Shown one piece after another: positions 8,393 to 18,155 of a stretch of DNA of 64,000 bases; positions within the stretch are counted from its first letter, which is position 1; the number at the start of each line of letters is the position of its first letter. The position numbers and the translations under genes are program-made. The notes beneath the pieces are model-generated. The model searched no databases, had not been told where the DNA came from, and saw only the letters and a program-made list of their open reading frames with translations. Source of the DNA: Armatimonadota bacterium (lineage in GTDB: Bacteria > Armatimonadota > Fimbriimonadia > Fimbriimonadales > GBS-DC); contig JBBIJY010000001.1 in the NCBI GenBank assembly GCA_037445735.1, positions 32,001 through 96,000 of the forward strand, read 5' to 3'.

Positions 8393-9196
8393 TTACTGAC
8401 GGTTGGCAAGAATCTCGGCAGGGTCTAAATCGGGGAACACCTGCTGAAGCAACCGGGCTTCTTCGGGGCTGATCGAGGGCGTCTCGTAGGCAGGAATCGG
8501 CGCCAGCTCGCCCAGCAGGGGCTGGGACGGCAGCGCGTCCACAAAGCGTCGGAACAACTCGGCAATCGGCACGCTCTCACCGCTGAACACCACACTCGCC
8601 TCACCCTGCAACAGGATCGCCTCCGCAATCGGCGCCAGCGCAGGGGGCAACTTACCGCTCAGTGTCCAGCGCTGCGTCTGCTCGCGCACCTGCTGGGCAT
8701 GCAGCTCCCGCTCCAGCTGGCGCACACGCTCCCGCAACTGCTGAACCTCATCGGGAACAGGGGTCTCAATCGGTTCCATGCGCATCACCTCCATGATGGA
8801 GGGCAGCATCGAGCGGCTGAACAGGCGGGCACCGGGCACGCGCGGGCTGCCCGTGACGGACACCTCCACGATGCGCGCCCGATCGCGGCTCAAGCCCAGA
8901 CTCAAACCGCGCACGCGCAACCGCTGCAGCAGGGCGTCCGCCTCAGGGAGCAACGCGACCCGACCGAACAGCTCCGAACCCTGCCGCCAGACCGCCACCA
9001 GCCAGCCCAGCTGCACCGGCGACGGACGATGCTCCACCAGCAGCGGCACCGGCGCCTCAAACTGCGCCACCAGACGCTCCAGATCCGCCTCCGTCAGCAC
9101 CAGCCCGCGTTCGGGATAGACGCCCGCCTCCAGCAACTTCGCCGCGCGTACCACCCAGCGAGTCGACCCACCCATCCTGACAGTCGCCGCTCGCAT
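8393..9196 (-). CDS. Mu gpI-like prohead protease/scaffold
   Basis: N-terminal protease-like part (GVYPE, PLLVEH, LGWL, GLS, EVSVTGSP) followed by a coiled-coil scaffold (QQLRERVRQLERE...SGKLPPA); GGAGG RBS; directly upstream of the decoration and capsid genes. Confidence 0.75.
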   Translation of the reverse strand: MRAATVRMGGSTRWVVRAAKLLEAGVYPERGLVLTEADLERLVAQFEAPVPLLVEHRPSPVQLGWLVAVWRQGSELFGRVALLPEADALLQRLRVRGLSLGLSRDRARIVEVSVTGSPRVPGARLFSRSMLPSIMEVMRMEPIETPVPDEVQQLRERVRQLERELHAQQVREQTQRWTLSGKLPPALAPIAEAILLQGEASVVFSGESVPIAELFRRFVDALPSQPLLGELAPIPAYETPSISPEEARLLQQVFPDLDPAEILANRQ

Positions 9197-9258
9197 ACTG
9201 CCTCCACAACGGGCAGGGCACAAAACAGCAACACTGTCAACCCCCACACAGACAGTGA

Positions 9259-9424
9259 GGCTGCTCGAAAAATCCAACCAGAGGAAAGGATGTCCCTCAC
9301 TCCAACCCTCTACCCAGCGGGAAAGCTAACCCCTCACCCCTACCCTCTCCCCAGAGGGGAGAGGGTAGGGGTGAGGGGGCTTCACTCAGCAGGTCGATAT
9401 TATGCCCCGAATTTTCGAACACCC
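9259..9424. mobile_element. Putative MITE-like element containing REP-type hairpins
   Basis: Imperfect 16-bp terminal inverted repeats (GGCTGCTCGAAAAATC versus reverse complement GGGTGTTCGAAAATTC, 13/16). Internal CCCTCACCCC..GGGGTGAGGG hairpin. ACACAGAC present on both sides. Confidence 0.35.
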
Positions 9425-9584
9425 ACACAGACCGCTGCATCAGGAACCCTCGATGGAGTATAATCGTCTTATGCACTCGAACCCTGATTTCCGAGCGCTG
9501 CTTGCAGGAATCGCAGCACCAGCAGGGTATAATCACAAGCGAGAGGGGACGACCCTCTCCAAACTATAGAGGAGGAGGCTCGCT

Positions 9585-10490
9585 ATGAGACAGCATGGCA
9601 GAGGCTTTACCTTGATCGAGTTGCTGGTCGTGATCGCAATCATCGCCATTCTGGCGGCGATTCTGTTCCCGGTCTTCGCGCAGGCGCGCGAAAAAGCACG
9701 CCAGACCACCTGCACAAGCAACGCCAAGCAATGGGGACTTGCCTTCATGCAGTACATCAACGATTACGACGAGATCTTCCCCCTGAGCTTCGGACTGAAA
9801 ACGCCCGGTGCTCCTGCCAACATCTGGCAATATGGTCACCTCGTGCCACCCGACTGGTCTCGCTCACAGGGAGTACAGACGGGTCATTTCCGTGGCGTAT
9901 CCTCGCTGGCCCACTGGGCGAACACCGTGTATCCCTACATCAAGAACTACGGCATGTATGGCTGTCCCTCCGGACCCGAGGTTCGATTCCCACCGCTGGA
10001 GTCCGCCGGCGACTATAACAACCCCCTGAAGCCGCCTGTCGGGGTCAGCTACACCATGAACGGACTCCTGCATGACTACCCGATGGCAGGCATTGCGCGT
10101 CCAGCCCAGCTGCCGTTGCTGTGGGAGGGCCGCGGCAAGGCGCAGTCACTGGGTGTGATTGTATCGAACCCGGTCCTCCAGTGCAATCCTAACGACACGC
10201 GCCCGTGCCGCTACTTCAGCTGCACTTATGGCAATCCAGGCAACGCCTATCCGATCAGCGCAATGTTCGTGCTATCTGGCACGATGTGGATTCACAACAA
10301 AGGCGCGCTGTTCGTGATGTCCGACGGGCATGCCAAATGGCGCCGACTGGGCGCCCAGCTCGCACCTGACAACACCGACTGGCGCACAGACCCCTACACG
10401 GGCTACGATGCAAATGGCTTCCCTGGATTCTTCTGGTGGGACGGCTGCAACGCCTGGCTCTTCCGACCCGATTACGAGTTCAATATCTGA
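9585..10490 (+). CDS. Prepilin-type N-terminal cleavage/methylation, DUF1559 / H-X9-DG protein (copy 1)
   Basis: [57 protein letters not shown]. Confidence 0.92.
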   Translation: MRQHGRGFTLIELLVVIAIIAILAAILFPVFAQAREKARQTTCTSNAKQWGLAFMQYINDYDEIFPLSFGLKTPGAPANIWQYGHLVPPDWSRSQGVQTGHFRGVSSLAHWANTVYPYIKNYGMYGCPSGPEVRFPPLESAGDYNNPLKPPVGVSYTMNGLLHDYPMAGIARPAQLPLLWEGRGKAQSLGVIVSNPVLQCNPNDTRPCRYFSCTYGNPGNAYPISAMFVLSGTMWIHNKGALFVMSDGHAKWRRLGAQLAPDNTDWRTDPYTGYDANGFPGFFWWDGCNAWLFRPDYEFNI

Positions 10491-10559
10491 ACTCATCACT
10501 GTGGTGGGGCGGGCGACCGAACCATGCCTGCCCCACCTCCATCCCGAGGGAGGTGAAGA

Positions 10560-10799
10560 ATGAAACAGCAGATACCGACGCCGATAGCGATTCTGATCAT
10601 CGCTGTCGTGGTTATCATCGCTGTCTTTATCGGCTGGCGGCTAATCAATCCACCAGAGCCGAAACCTGTCGGCATGCCCCCCGGTCAGCAAATGATGCCA
10701 CCCGCTACACCACCAGTAGCACCCCCTCAGCCGGGTCAACAGCCGCAGGGCGCCCCCCAGCGACCAACCCCTGGAGGACAACCAACCGGGGCGCTGTAG
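10560..10799 (+). CDS. Small single-pass membrane protein with Pro/Gln-rich tail
   Basis: Hydrophobic IAILIIAVVVIIAVFIGW then a PQ-rich tail; GGAGGTG RBS. Confidence 0.8.
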   Translation: MKQQIPTPIAILIIAVVVIIAVFIGWRLINPPEPKPVGMPPGQQMMPPATPPVAPPQPGQQPQGAPQRPTPGGQPTGAL

Positions 10800-10986
10800 A
10801 CTGTTATCAAAAGTATCGAGCACCCATCCTGCGGGGGACATGAGATCCCTCGCAGGGTTTTCACTAAGCAGGAATCGCACGGAAGTTGCTGTATAATAGA
10901 GATGACCCTTGCCGCCTGGCGGCGTCAGGCGTATCGTCAAGAATCATCCTTCGTGCTGGGCGGAGTCGGGGGAAGGAGGTCAGGCA

Positions 10987-11811
10987 ATGCGACATGGCAG
11001 AGGCTTTACCTTGATTGAGTTGCTGGTCGTGATCGCGATCATCGCCATTCTGGCGGCGATCCTGTTCCCGGTGTTCGCGCAGGCGCGCGAGAAGGGGCGC
11101 CAGGCAACCTGCGCCTCCAACATGAACCAGCTCGGCAAAGCGGTACTGATGTACGCCGCTGACAACGAGAACATTCTCCCGCCCAACCGCGTGGTGCTGG
11201 GTCCTTCCGGCGGGCTACCCGATGACCAGCGCAGGTTCTGGGCCGGACTGATCCAGCCCTATGTGAAGAACAAGGATATCGTCTTCTGTCCCAGTGGCAA
11301 AAAGCCGCCCTTTGAAATTGACCTCAACAACTGGTTCCATCGGGGCTGGCTCTCTATCGGCTATAATGCGCATATCGCAGGCTGGTACTGGATTGGCGGC
11401 GGCTTGCCCGGTGGGGCAGAAACCATCATGGTGCCCTCCCTTTCCTGGATCAGAACACCTGCCCAGTTTGTGATGCTGGCAGAGAGCGCGAATGGTCCCG
11501 CGCCGCCGCAGGGCAACTGCTTCGGCTCCTCCGCCGACAACAACGCCTATGGCGATTGTGAGGGCGGTCCGAACTTCCGAATGGTGATTCAAGGGCTGGC
11601 ACGCAGCCCCACTGTGGGCTACAGCCCCATCCTGGCACGCCATATGGGCGGGCTGAACATCACCCTGATGGACGGACACACCAAATGGTTCCGTCTGGAA
11701 GCCGTGATACCTTCTCCTCCACGCAACGCAGGCTGTGCCAACCCCGAAGAGCTGCGCGACTTCAACACCGCCAACCTGCGCTGGCTCATCTGGAACAACT
11801 GCGTGAGGTGA
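10987..11811 (+). CDS. Prepilin-type DUF1559 / H-X9-DG protein (copy 2)
   Basis: [10 protein letters not shown]..., [24 protein letters not shown]. Confidence 0.92.
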   Translation: MRHGRGFTLIELLVVIAIIAILAAILFPVFAQAREKGRQATCASNMNQLGKAVLMYAADNENILPPNRVVLGPSGGLPDDQRRFWAGLIQPYVKNKDIVFCPSGKKPPFEIDLNNWFHRGWLSIGYNAHIAGWYWIGGGLPGGAETIMVPSLSWIRTPAQFVMLAESANGPAPPQGNCFGSSADNNAYGDCEGGPNFRMVIQGLARSPTVGYSPILARHMGGLNITLMDGHTKWFRLEAVIPSPPRNAGCANPEELRDFNTANLRWLIWNNCVR

Positions 11812-11815
11812 ACCG

Positions 11816-11989
11816 ATGCAAATCTTTCGGGAGAAACCGGCACTGGCAATCGGGCTATTAGTGATAGCCCTGCTGGCGCTCGTGATCAGCTGGTGGTTTT
11901 CCACGCGCCAGCTGAATCCGGGCGTCGAGGTGCCTCCCGTCAATCCGCCTCCTGCAACCAATCCGCCAAAAGAGGCAAGTCCTATCTGA
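11816..11989 (+). CDS. Small single-pass membrane protein with Pro-rich tail (57 aa, below the ORF-track cutoff)
   Basis: Manual translation MQIFREKPALAIGLLVIALLALVISWWFSTRQLNPGVEVPPVNPPPATNPPKEASPI*; GAGGTG RBS; paralog of 12848-13045. Confidence 0.8.
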   Translation: MQIFREKPALAIGLLVIALLALVISWWFSTRQLNPGVEVPPVNPPPATNPPKEASPI

Positions 11990-12001
11990 GGAGGAACAGC
12001 G

Positions 12002-12838
12002 ATGATGAGACGGCATGGTTTTACTCTGATCGAGTTGCTGGTCGTGATCGCGATCATCGCCATTCTGGCGGCGATCCTGTTCCCGGTGTTCGCGCAGGCG
12101 CGCGAGAAGGGGCGCCAGGCAACCTGCGCCTCCAACATGAACCAGCTCGGCAAAGCCATCCTCATGTACGCCGCCGACAACGAAGAAGTGCTGGTACCCA
12201 GCCGCCTCGTGCCCCAGAACAACCCGAACGATCCCGGGGTCAAAATCTGGCAGGAGCTGGTCGCACCCTATGTTAAAAACATCGATGTCTACTTCTGCCC
12301 GAACGGACGCCGGTTTGACGGTGGCGTCTTCATACCCAGCTGGGCGACTCGCGGCTGGCCCTCCATCGGCTACAACGCCCACATATCGGGCTGGTACTGG
12401 GTCGGTGGCAGTCTGCCAGGCAATCCCGATGAAACCCTCATGGTGCCCAATCGCTCCATGCTCAAAAAACCCGCCCAGTTCGTGCTACTGGCAGATTCCC
12501 CCAACGGACCAACGGGCGCACCCCAGAACTGCCGCGGCTACCTCACCGATAACAACTGGTACGGCGGCTGCAGCGGGGACGGCACCGGGCGGCAACACCG
12601 CACGGACATCACCTCCTATGTGGGCGTGGGCATCATGGCACGCCATTCGAACGGGCTAAACATCGGCTTCGCCGATGGACACACCAAATGGTTCCGCCTC
12701 GAACAGGTACTGCCCTATACGCCGCAGCAGTACCAGGCAATCTATGGCAATCGTCCGTGTCGCTTTGTCGACGAATACCGCGATTTCAACCCAGCTAAAA
12801 CACACTGGGTCATCTTCAATACCTGCAATCCTGATTAG
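12002..12838 (+). CDS. Prepilin-type DUF1559 / H-X9-DG protein (copy 3)
   Basis: [10 protein letters not shown]..., [14 protein letters not shown]; close paralog of copy 2. Confidence 0.92.
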   Translation: MMRRHGFTLIELLVVIAIIAILAAILFPVFAQAREKGRQATCASNMNQLGKAILMYAADNEEVLVPSRLVPQNNPNDPGVKIWQELVAPYVKNIDVYFCPNGRRFDGGVFIPSWATRGWPSIGYNAHISGWYWVGGSLPGNPDETLMVPNRSMLKKPAQFVLLADSPNGPTGAPQNCRGYLTDNNWYGGCSGDGTGRQHRTDITSYVGVGIMARHSNGLNIGFADGHTKWFRLEQVLPYTPQQYQAIYGNRPCRFVDEYRDFNPAKTHWVIFNTCNPD

Positions 12839-12847
12839 GAGGTTGCT

Positions 12848-13045
12848 ATGCAGACCTTTCGCGACAAACCGATCCTGGCATGGGTGTTGCTGATGGTGGC
12901 GCTGGCAGCGCTCTTCATCAGTTATTACTTCTTCATGCGCCCCTCGGAACCCGCCGTGCCAGCCGCCACAGGTGAGCAGCCGGCAGCACCCCCACCCGGC
13001 GGTCAGCAACCCGCTTCATCAGCAGGACAAACCGTGCCTTACTAA
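12848..13045 (+). CDS. Small single-pass membrane protein with Pro/Gln-rich tail
   Basis: [29 protein letters not shown] plus Pro-rich tail; AGGAGG RBS. Confidence 0.8.
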   Translation: MQTFRDKPILAWVLLMVALAALFISYYFFMRPSEPAVPAATGEQPAAPPPGGQQPASSAGQTVPY

Positions 13046-13064
13046 CTCTCTGGAGGTGAATCAA

Positions 13065-14000
13065 ATGAGAAAATCGGGCTTCACCTTGATTGAGTTGCTG
13101 GTCGTGATCGCGATCATCGCCATTCTGGCGGCGATCCTGTTCCCCGTGTTCGCACGCGCACGCGACAGCGCCGTGCGCACTCAGTGCCTCAATAACATCA
13201 AGCAAATCTGCACAGGCGCCCTCATGTACCTCCAAGACTACGACGAGCAGATGCCGCTGGCTATCAACATCCCGCACGGAATCAACGAGCCGACCAACCC
13301 GAACACGATCGGTCCCTATATGAACCTCTGGGTGCGCGTCAACCCCTGTTTCATCAACCCTCAGGGCAACGCCTGTCTCAGCTCTGGCGAGCTGCGCCAG
13401 CTACGCTACCTGCCCATCGGACAAACCACCCAGAACGCGCCGAGCGCCCCTCCCGTCGGCAACCCACCACGCTACCCGCTCTACTTCCCCGCCCAGGTCG
13501 ATCCCTATATCAAGGCGGGCGCCAGCGGCACCCAGATGACAACCCGCAAAGTGAAAACGCTGTGGGCATGCCCTGCCGACTCAACCTCCGTCATCGGGCT
13601 GGGCTCCGAAACCTCGCTCTTCGAGCTGAGCGGGTTGAACCACTTCCGCGTCATCGGACACGACTACATGTATAACACCTGGCTCATCTACACCTACACC
13701 GATCGCCTGCGCGGTGGCAATCCCCAGCAGTGGACGCTCAAGCTGCGTTCATTGGGCGCGATTGCACGCCCTGCCGACATCATTTTGGTGTTTGATGCTT
13801 ACCCCATGTGGCATGGCGAGTCGCGCGCTCCGAACGGCGGTCCCATCCCGGATAACTGGAATGTCGCCTTCGTGGACGGACACGCCAAGAACCTGCCCCA
13901 CGCCGTGTTTATGGACCAGTTCCCCGGCGTAATCGGGGGCGGCGGCAACAAACTGCGCCTGAACCAGAACCCGGAAGCGGACGATCCGAACACCCCATGA
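13065..14000 (+). CDS. Prepilin-type DUF1559 protein (copy 4)
   Basis: [10 protein letters not shown]..., DYDE, CPAD, WH...[18 protein letters not shown]. Confidence 0.9.
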   Translation: MRKSGFTLIELLVVIAIIAILAAILFPVFARARDSAVRTQCLNNIKQICTGALMYLQDYDEQMPLAINIPHGINEPTNPNTIGPYMNLWVRVNPCFINPQGNACLSSGELRQLRYLPIGQTTQNAPSAPPVGNPPRYPLYFPAQVDPYIKAGASGTQMTTRKVKTLWACPADSTSVIGLGSETSLFELSGLNHFRVIGHDYMYNTWLIYTYTDRLRGGNPQQWTLKLRSLGAIARPADIILVFDAYPMWHGESRAPNGGPIPDNWNVAFVDGHAKNLPHAVFMDQFPGVIGGGGNKLRLNQNPEADDPNTP

Positions 14001-14008
14001 ACACTTAT

Positions 14009-14039
14009 AGCAGCCCGGAGAACACACCTCCGGGCTGCT
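14009..14039 (+). terminator. Hairpin after the pilin-like cluster (probable terminator)
   Basis: Perfect 12-bp stem AGCAGCCCGGAG-N7-CTCCGGGCTGCT; weak U-tract. Confidence 0.55.
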
Positions 14040-14106
14040 TCACCTCCCGTTGTTGCAGGAAAACCCATCCCTCGCGCCGAATCGCATGCCCACAGGAGGC
14101 ACAGCG

Positions 14107-15918
14107 ATGGCGCAAATAGCGTTTGCAATCAATCCGCCCGCCAATCGACTGCAGGGCGCCCTGCCCAAAGTGGGCATCCGACCCGTTATCGACGGGCGAC
14201 GGCAGGGTGTGCGCGAAAGCATGGAAGAAGCCACCATGCGCATGGCGCAGCGCGTCGCCCACTTCATCACCGAAAACCTGCGCCACGCCTGCGGACTGCC
14301 CGTCGAATGCGTGATCGCCGACACCTGCATCGGCGGCATCGCCGAGGCGGCTGCCTGCGAAGCCAAATTCGAGCGCGAGGGCGTCGGCGTCAGCCTCACC
14401 GTCGCCCGCAGCTGGTGCTACGGCTACGAAACGATGGACATGCACCCCACACGCCCCAAAGCCGTCTGGGGCTTCAACGGCACCGAACGCCCCGGCGCCG
14501 TCTACCTCGCCGCCGTCATGGCGGCTCACGCCAGCAAACGCCTGCCCGCCTTCAGCATCTACGGGCGCGATGTGCAGGACGCCACCGACTTCGCCATCCC
14601 ACCCGATGTCGCCGAACGCATCCGGCAATTCGTCCAGTGCGCAATCGCCGTCGCCACCATGCAGGGAAAAACCTATGTGTCGATGGGCAATGTCTCGATG
14701 GGCATCGTCGGCTCCCTCGTCGACCAGAACTTCCTCCAGCACTACCTCGGCATCCGCACCATGACCGTCGACATGGTGGAGTTCGTCCGCCGCATGGAGC
14801 GCGGCATCTACGACCACGACGAATACGAACGCGCCCTGCACTGGGTCAAAACCTGTTGCAAAGAAGGCAAAGACTACAACCCGCCCGAAAAGCAACTCAG
14901 CCGCGAACAGAAGGAGCGCACCTGGCAGCAGAGCATCCAGATGGCGCTCATTGCCCGCGACCTGCTGGTGGGCAACCCCAAACTGGCGGAAATGGGCTAC
15001 GAAGAAGAGGCTCTCGGCTTCAACGGCATCGCGGGCGGCTTCCAGGGTCAACGCCAGTGGACCGACCACCTGCCCAACGGCGACTTCATGGAAGCGATTC
15101 TTTGCTCCAGCTTCGACTGGAACGGCATCCGCCAGCCCTACATCCTCGCCACCGAGAACGACTACCTGAACGCCATCGGCATGCTGTTCGGGCACCTGCT
15201 CACGGGCGCAGCACAAATCTTCGCCGATGTGCGTACCTACTGGTCGCCCGACGCCGTGCAGCGCGTCACAGGCTGGCGACCCACCGGGCTTGCGGAACAG
15301 GGCTTCCTGCACCTGATCAACTCCGGTCCCGCCGCCCTCGACGGCACCGGTCAGCAGGAACTCAATGGCAGACCCGCCATGAAAGCCTGGTGGCTGGTGA
15401 CGCCCGAAGAGGCGCAACGCTGCCTTGATGCCACCACATGGCACTGCGCCATGCTCGAATATTTCCGTGGCGGCGGCTGGAGCACCCGATTCCGCACGCG
15501 CGGCGGCATGCCCGCCACCATGTTCCGACTCAATCTCGTGGATGGCGTCGGACCCGTAATGCAGATTGCCGAGGGCGAGACCATCGACCTGCCCGACGAA
15601 GTTCACACCATTCTGGACGAACGCACCAACCCCACCTGGCCCACCACATGGTTTGTGCCACGCACCACAGGGCACGGCGCGTTCCATGATGTCTACACCG
15701 TGATGGCAACCTGGGGCGCCAACCACTGCGTGCTATCCAGCGGGCATATCGGACACCTGCTCATCACCCTCTGCTCCATGCTGCGCATCCCCGTCGCCAT
15801 GCACAATGTGCCCCCGGAGCGGGTGTTCCGACCCCATCAGTGGGGCATGTTCGGCACTGCCGACCCCGAAAGCGCCGACTTCCGCGCCTGTCAGGCATAC
15901 GGCGCACTCTACGGCTGA
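14107..15918 (+). CDS. fucI: L-fucose isomerase
   Basis: [60 protein letters not shown]. Confidence 0.95.
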   Translation: MAQIAFAINPPANRLQGALPKVGIRPVIDGRRQGVRESMEEATMRMAQRVAHFITENLRHACGLPVECVIADTCIGGIAEAAACEAKFEREGVGVSLTVARSWCYGYETMDMHPTRPKAVWGFNGTERPGAVYLAAVMAAHASKRLPAFSIYGRDVQDATDFAIPPDVAERIRQFVQCAIAVATMQGKTYVSMGNVSMGIVGSLVDQNFLQHYLGIRTMTVDMVEFVRRMERGIYDHDEYERALHWVKTCCKEGKDYNPPEKQLSREQKERTWQQSIQMALIARDLLVGNPKLAEMGYEEEALGFNGIAGGFQGQRQWTDHLPNGDFMEAILCSSFDWNGIRQPYILATENDYLNAIGMLFGHLLTGAAQIFADVRTYWSPDAVQRVTGWRPTGLAEQGFLHLINSGPAALDGTGQQELNGRPAMKAWWLVTPEEAQRCLDATTWHCAMLEYFRGGGWSTRFRTRGGMPATMFRLNLVDGVGPVMQIAEGETIDLPDEVHTILDERTNPTWPTTWFVPRTTGHGAFHDVYTVMATWGANHCVLSSGHIGHLLITLCSMLRIPVAMHNVPPERVFRPHQWGMFGTADPESADFRACQAYGALYG

Positions 15919-15970
15919 TGCAAAAAAGCCTTGAAACAGAACCGCCATTAAAGCGTCTCTATCACTGGAG

Positions 15971-16951
15971 GTGATGAGAATGGGACAGCATCGCCTCATG
16001 CTAATACTGGGCGCGAGCGTGCTCGCCAGCGCAATTGCAGGCGCCCAGCCCCGCTGGTGTACAGGGTTCGAGCCGCCTCTTTACCGCGGCTTGCCACAGG
16101 GAGTTCCGCTCAACGGTCAGGACGGCTGGCAGGGCAGCGGGTGGAACCCGTTTCTGGTGTTCACCTACAGGCAGAACGCGCTCAGCATACCGCCCAACCC
16201 CAACGGCGAAAGCCAGTTCATTGGCGCCGAGGGCGCAGGACACGAGCCACCACCCGTCGCCCAACACGAGTTCGACTGGGTCAACGCACCCGGCTGGACG
16301 GTTCGCTATGACTTCTGCATCGGTGCGCCAGGCGAGATCGCGGTGCCCGCGCGAATCGGACGCTTCTCACTGGAGCCACTCAGCTCCGCCATCCCGATCC
16401 GCAACTTCCAATCCTGCTGGCAGTGGCACAGCGACCGCAACCCCGCAGCAGGATTCGATATCCTCTATGCCGTCTACAACGCCGATGGCAGTGCGCAACC
16501 CCTGCGCAGCCCAGGCGCCGCATGGCAGCAGCTGCGAGCCGACCGCTGGTATCGATTGCGCACCACTTTTGACTTCATCACCAATCGAATCCTGAAGATT
16601 GCCATCACCGATCTGCAGAGCCGACAGACAACCGTCGCCTTCCCACAGGGCTGGTACCTGCAAGGCGGCGCACGCACCACTGCCCAATACCCCACAGGCT
16701 TGAGCTTCGCGCTGGGTTTCACACCAGGACCGCTTGCGGGCAACCGCCTCGCAATCGATAACCTTTGCATCTTTCCAGCGGTGCCCGCCGATGTGGACGG
16801 CGATGGCTGCGTGGATGACCGCGACCTGCTGCAGGTGCTGATGGCATTTGGCGGCACAGGCGACGGACTGCCCGAAGACCTCAACGGCGACGGCGTGGTG
16901 GACGACGCCGACCTGCTGATGGTGCTGTTCAGCTTCGGTACAGGCTGCTGA
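15971..16951 (+). CDS. Secreted protein with C-terminal dockerin-like (double EF-hand) domain
   Basis: Signal peptide; C-terminal ADVDGDGCVDDRDLL..L.AFG...[24 protein letters not shown]. Confidence 0.8.
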   Translation: MMRMGQHRLMLILGASVLASAIAGAQPRWCTGFEPPLYRGLPQGVPLNGQDGWQGSGWNPFLVFTYRQNALSIPPNPNGESQFIGAEGAGHEPPPVAQHEFDWVNAPGWTVRYDFCIGAPGEIAVPARIGRFSLEPLSSAIPIRNFQSCWQWHSDRNPAAGFDILYAVYNADGSAQPLRSPGAAWQQLRADRWYRLRTTFDFITNRILKIAITDLQSRQTTVAFPQGWYLQGGARTTAQYPTGLSFALGFTPGPLAGNRLAIDNLCIFPAVPADVDGDGCVDDRDLLQVLMAFGGTGDGLPEDLNGDGVVDDADLLMVLFSFGTGC

Positions 16952-17049
16952 AACGCACCTCCCGTTGCGGCGAGGAATTCCCTGCGGCTCCCTGCCCCTC
17001 CTTTAAGCGGGGGAGAGAGGATTTGCCCTCTCCCTCGCCTGCCCAGTCA

Positions 17050-18054
17050 TCAACGCCACCCATAGAAGAAGGTCATCCGCCAGAAAAGCGCGTCCTTCGG
17101 CTTCGCGCCACCACCCGACGGGTTCGCATAGGTCACCCACTCCACATTCGGCACAAGGTAGAGGTCTTTCTCCAGCTCGTAGATAACGCCGAAGTTATAG
17201 AAACGGGGTCGGGCGACAGGCGACAGCACGAAGTAGCTGATTTTATCCGCATCAGGCACAGGGTTGTTCAGCCAGTCGGCGCGGGCAAACAGGCGCGTGC
17301 GCTCGGCAACCTGGGTCTCCGCATAGACCGAGAAAACCGCCAAATCCTGCTGGTTCTGGCGAGCCTGATGCGCATACTGGAACCCCACCTTTGTGCGCTC
17401 GGTGCGGTACACCAGCAGCCCCTGCACGGTGCGCCAGTCGCTATCGGCAGGCTGGTCATACAGGTCGCCATAAAGCTCCAGCGTCCACTGCTCATTAAGC
17501 GACTGCTGGAGCGACAGGTAGACCGCCTTGCCGCGATTGGTCTCGGAGCGGGTATGGCTGCCGTTGCCCACCACAAAGTAGAGTTGCGTTTTACCAAACT
17601 GGGTTTTCAGTCCCACGCCGCTGTCGCGCGAGTTGCCCATGCGCCATAAGTCAAGAGGCGTCTTCTCGATGTAGCGGTAGCCCAGCAGCTGCTCCACGCC
17701 CTCCCATGTCGGCGTCGGGATCAGCCCCAGCAGATAGTGAACGCGCCCCACCGTATACTGCACATAGGCGTCCTTAACAAACGGCTTCAGCGAGTCGGCT
17801 GTTTTAAAGTCGCCCGGGCTGTTCATCTCAAAGCGGAAGCGAATGGCAGTTCGGTCGGTCGGCTTCTGGTCGTAGGTGAAATAGATTCGGCGAAACCAGA
17901 GTCCGCTCAGCCCCTCGATGGAGGGGTCGTGGTGTCGCGAAACGAGGTAGTAGTCGCCAAAAGCATAGCCAGAGAGCTTGCCGCTTCCCTGCTGCGCCCC
18001 ACCGCTCGCCATCAGCGAGGCAGCTACAATACCCATCAGCATGTGTCGTTTCAT
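17050..18054 (-). CDS. Outer-membrane beta-barrel porin-like protein
   Basis: Signal peptide, FRRIYFTYD, VKDAYV, alternating aromatic beta strands, aromatic C-terminus. Confidence 0.7.
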   Translation of the reverse strand: MKRHMLMGIVAASLMASGGAQQGSGKLSGYAFGDYYLVSRHHDPSIEGLSGLWFRRIYFTYDQKPTDRTAIRFRFEMNSPGDFKTADSLKPFVKDAYVQYTVGRVHYLLGLIPTPTWEGVEQLLGYRYIEKTPLDLWRMGNSRDSGVGLKTQFGKTQLYFVVGNGSHTRSETNRGKAVYLSLQQSLNEQWTLELYGDLYDQPADSDWRTVQGLLVYRTERTKVGFQYAHQARQNQQDLAVFSVYAETQVAERTRLFARADWLNNPVPDADKISYFVLSPVARPRFYNFGVIYELEKDLYLVPNVEWVTYANPSGGGAKPKDALFWRMTFFYGWR

Positions 18055-18155
18055 CCCTGTATTCCTCCTGTGCCGCGCGAGTTATACCGGTGCAGACACG
18101 GCTGTATTGAGCAACAAGCCTTTCATGGCAGCTCTGGAATACTCCACCGTACCAG

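Noticed and set aside
7026-9196. Complete prophage
   Set aside because: No integrase, transposase, terminase, portal, tail or lysis genes recognised and no att repeats seen; flanks are host genes.
9585-14000. Diversity-generating retroelement acting on the pilin-like genes
   Set aside because: No reverse transcriptase and no template/variable repeat pair with adenine-specific mismatches; shared sequence is at the 5' end.
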